Positions 63,581 to 64,000 of a stretch of DNA of 64,000 nucleotides are shown piece by piece. The DNA is taken from NCBI GenBank assembly GCA_963781885.1, contig CAWAHW010000001.1, positions 416,001-480,000 of the forward strand, given 5' to 3'. Source of the DNA: an uncultured Spirochaetota bacterium (lineage in GTDB: Bacteria > Spirochaetota > Spirochaetia > SZUA-6 > Fen-1364). The translations under genes were made by a program, and so were the position numbers. Each line of letters begins with the position of its first letter. The stretch's first letter is position 1. Under the pieces are notes generated by a model. It did not search any database. It was given only the letters and a program-made list of their open reading frames with translations, and was not told the origin of the DNA.

Positions 63581-64000
63581 AGTCCCACTGTAACCGATCG
63601 TGCCCGTTCGATCAGCGCCTCAGTCTGTTCCTTCATGCCTGCGGCAATTCCGCGGACGACCAGCTTGTTCCAGAGGGCGGCCAGCGGACCCCGGATACGC
63701 ATGATCGTGATGACGTCCGTGCCTCCCTCAGCGAGGGGAAGGAAGCGGTGCTCGCCTTCCAGGACAGCCAGCGGAAAGGTCGTGCGGTCGGTCCACAGCC
63801 GCCCCTCCTCCCAGGCGGCCACGCGGATCGTGACGGCCTTCCCACCCCGGGGCTTGAGCGAGAATATCCTCCGGTCCCGGTCGACCCAGTGTGTTTCTTC
63901 CAGGCCCTTGTCCCAGAGATTCCAGTGCTCAAGGTCGTTGAAAGCAGCCCAGAGGCGATCCGCTGCAACGCCGGTCCGAAGCTCATGACGGTATGTCTTC
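63577..64000 (-). CDS. SRPBCC/polyketide-cyclase-like protein (5' end outside window)
   Basis: ADRLWAAFNDLEHWNLWD...EHRF...GPLAALW; overlaps the marR start. Confidence 0.75.
   Translation of the reverse strand, partial: KTYRHELRTGVAADRLWAAFNDLEHWNLWDKGLEETHWVDRDRRIFSLKPRGGKAVTIRVAAWEEGRLWTDRTTFPLAVLEGEHRFLPLAEGGTDVITIMRIRGPLAALWNKLVVRGIAAGMKEQTEALIERARSVTVGL

Overview
GC-rich bacterial window, probably a free-living spirochaete (inferred from the pyrG/lptC-like, ymdB-tRNA-Leu neighbourhood and many lipoproteins). Bases 1-7.3 kb are mostly core genes: lptC-like (partial), pyrG, a CHASE-GAF-GGDEF diguanylate cyclase, ymdB and tRNA-Leu(CAG). A ~13.8-kb integrative element sits in the tRNA-Leu anticodon loop, bounded by a perfect 54-bp direct repeat (7210-7263 / 20935-20988) with matching arm-type repeats at both ends. 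It encodes an integrase, an excisionase-like HTH protein, a rep-like wHTH protein followed by a hairpin cluster, an ImmA-like protease, two XRE regulators and a second tyrosine recombinase coupled to a tandem Zn-knuckle protein. It also carries three candidate defence modules: a Zn-ribbon methyltransferase plus PD-(D/E)XK nuclease, an HhH glycosylase-like protein, and a NucS-like/EVE-like nuclease. No capsid or conjugation genes are visible. A third, decayed att copy with an integrase stub at 24.7 kb shows tandem accretion of islands at this tRNA. The rest is accessory: MFS/MarR/TetR units, secreted ankyrin proteins, PAS hybrid kinases, a MoxR operon, proteases, an IS-disrupted Ig-repeat gene and IS remnants. 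About ten otherwise intact genes carry single-base frameshifts, which may be sequencing errors. All protein assignments come from motif reading, not database searches.
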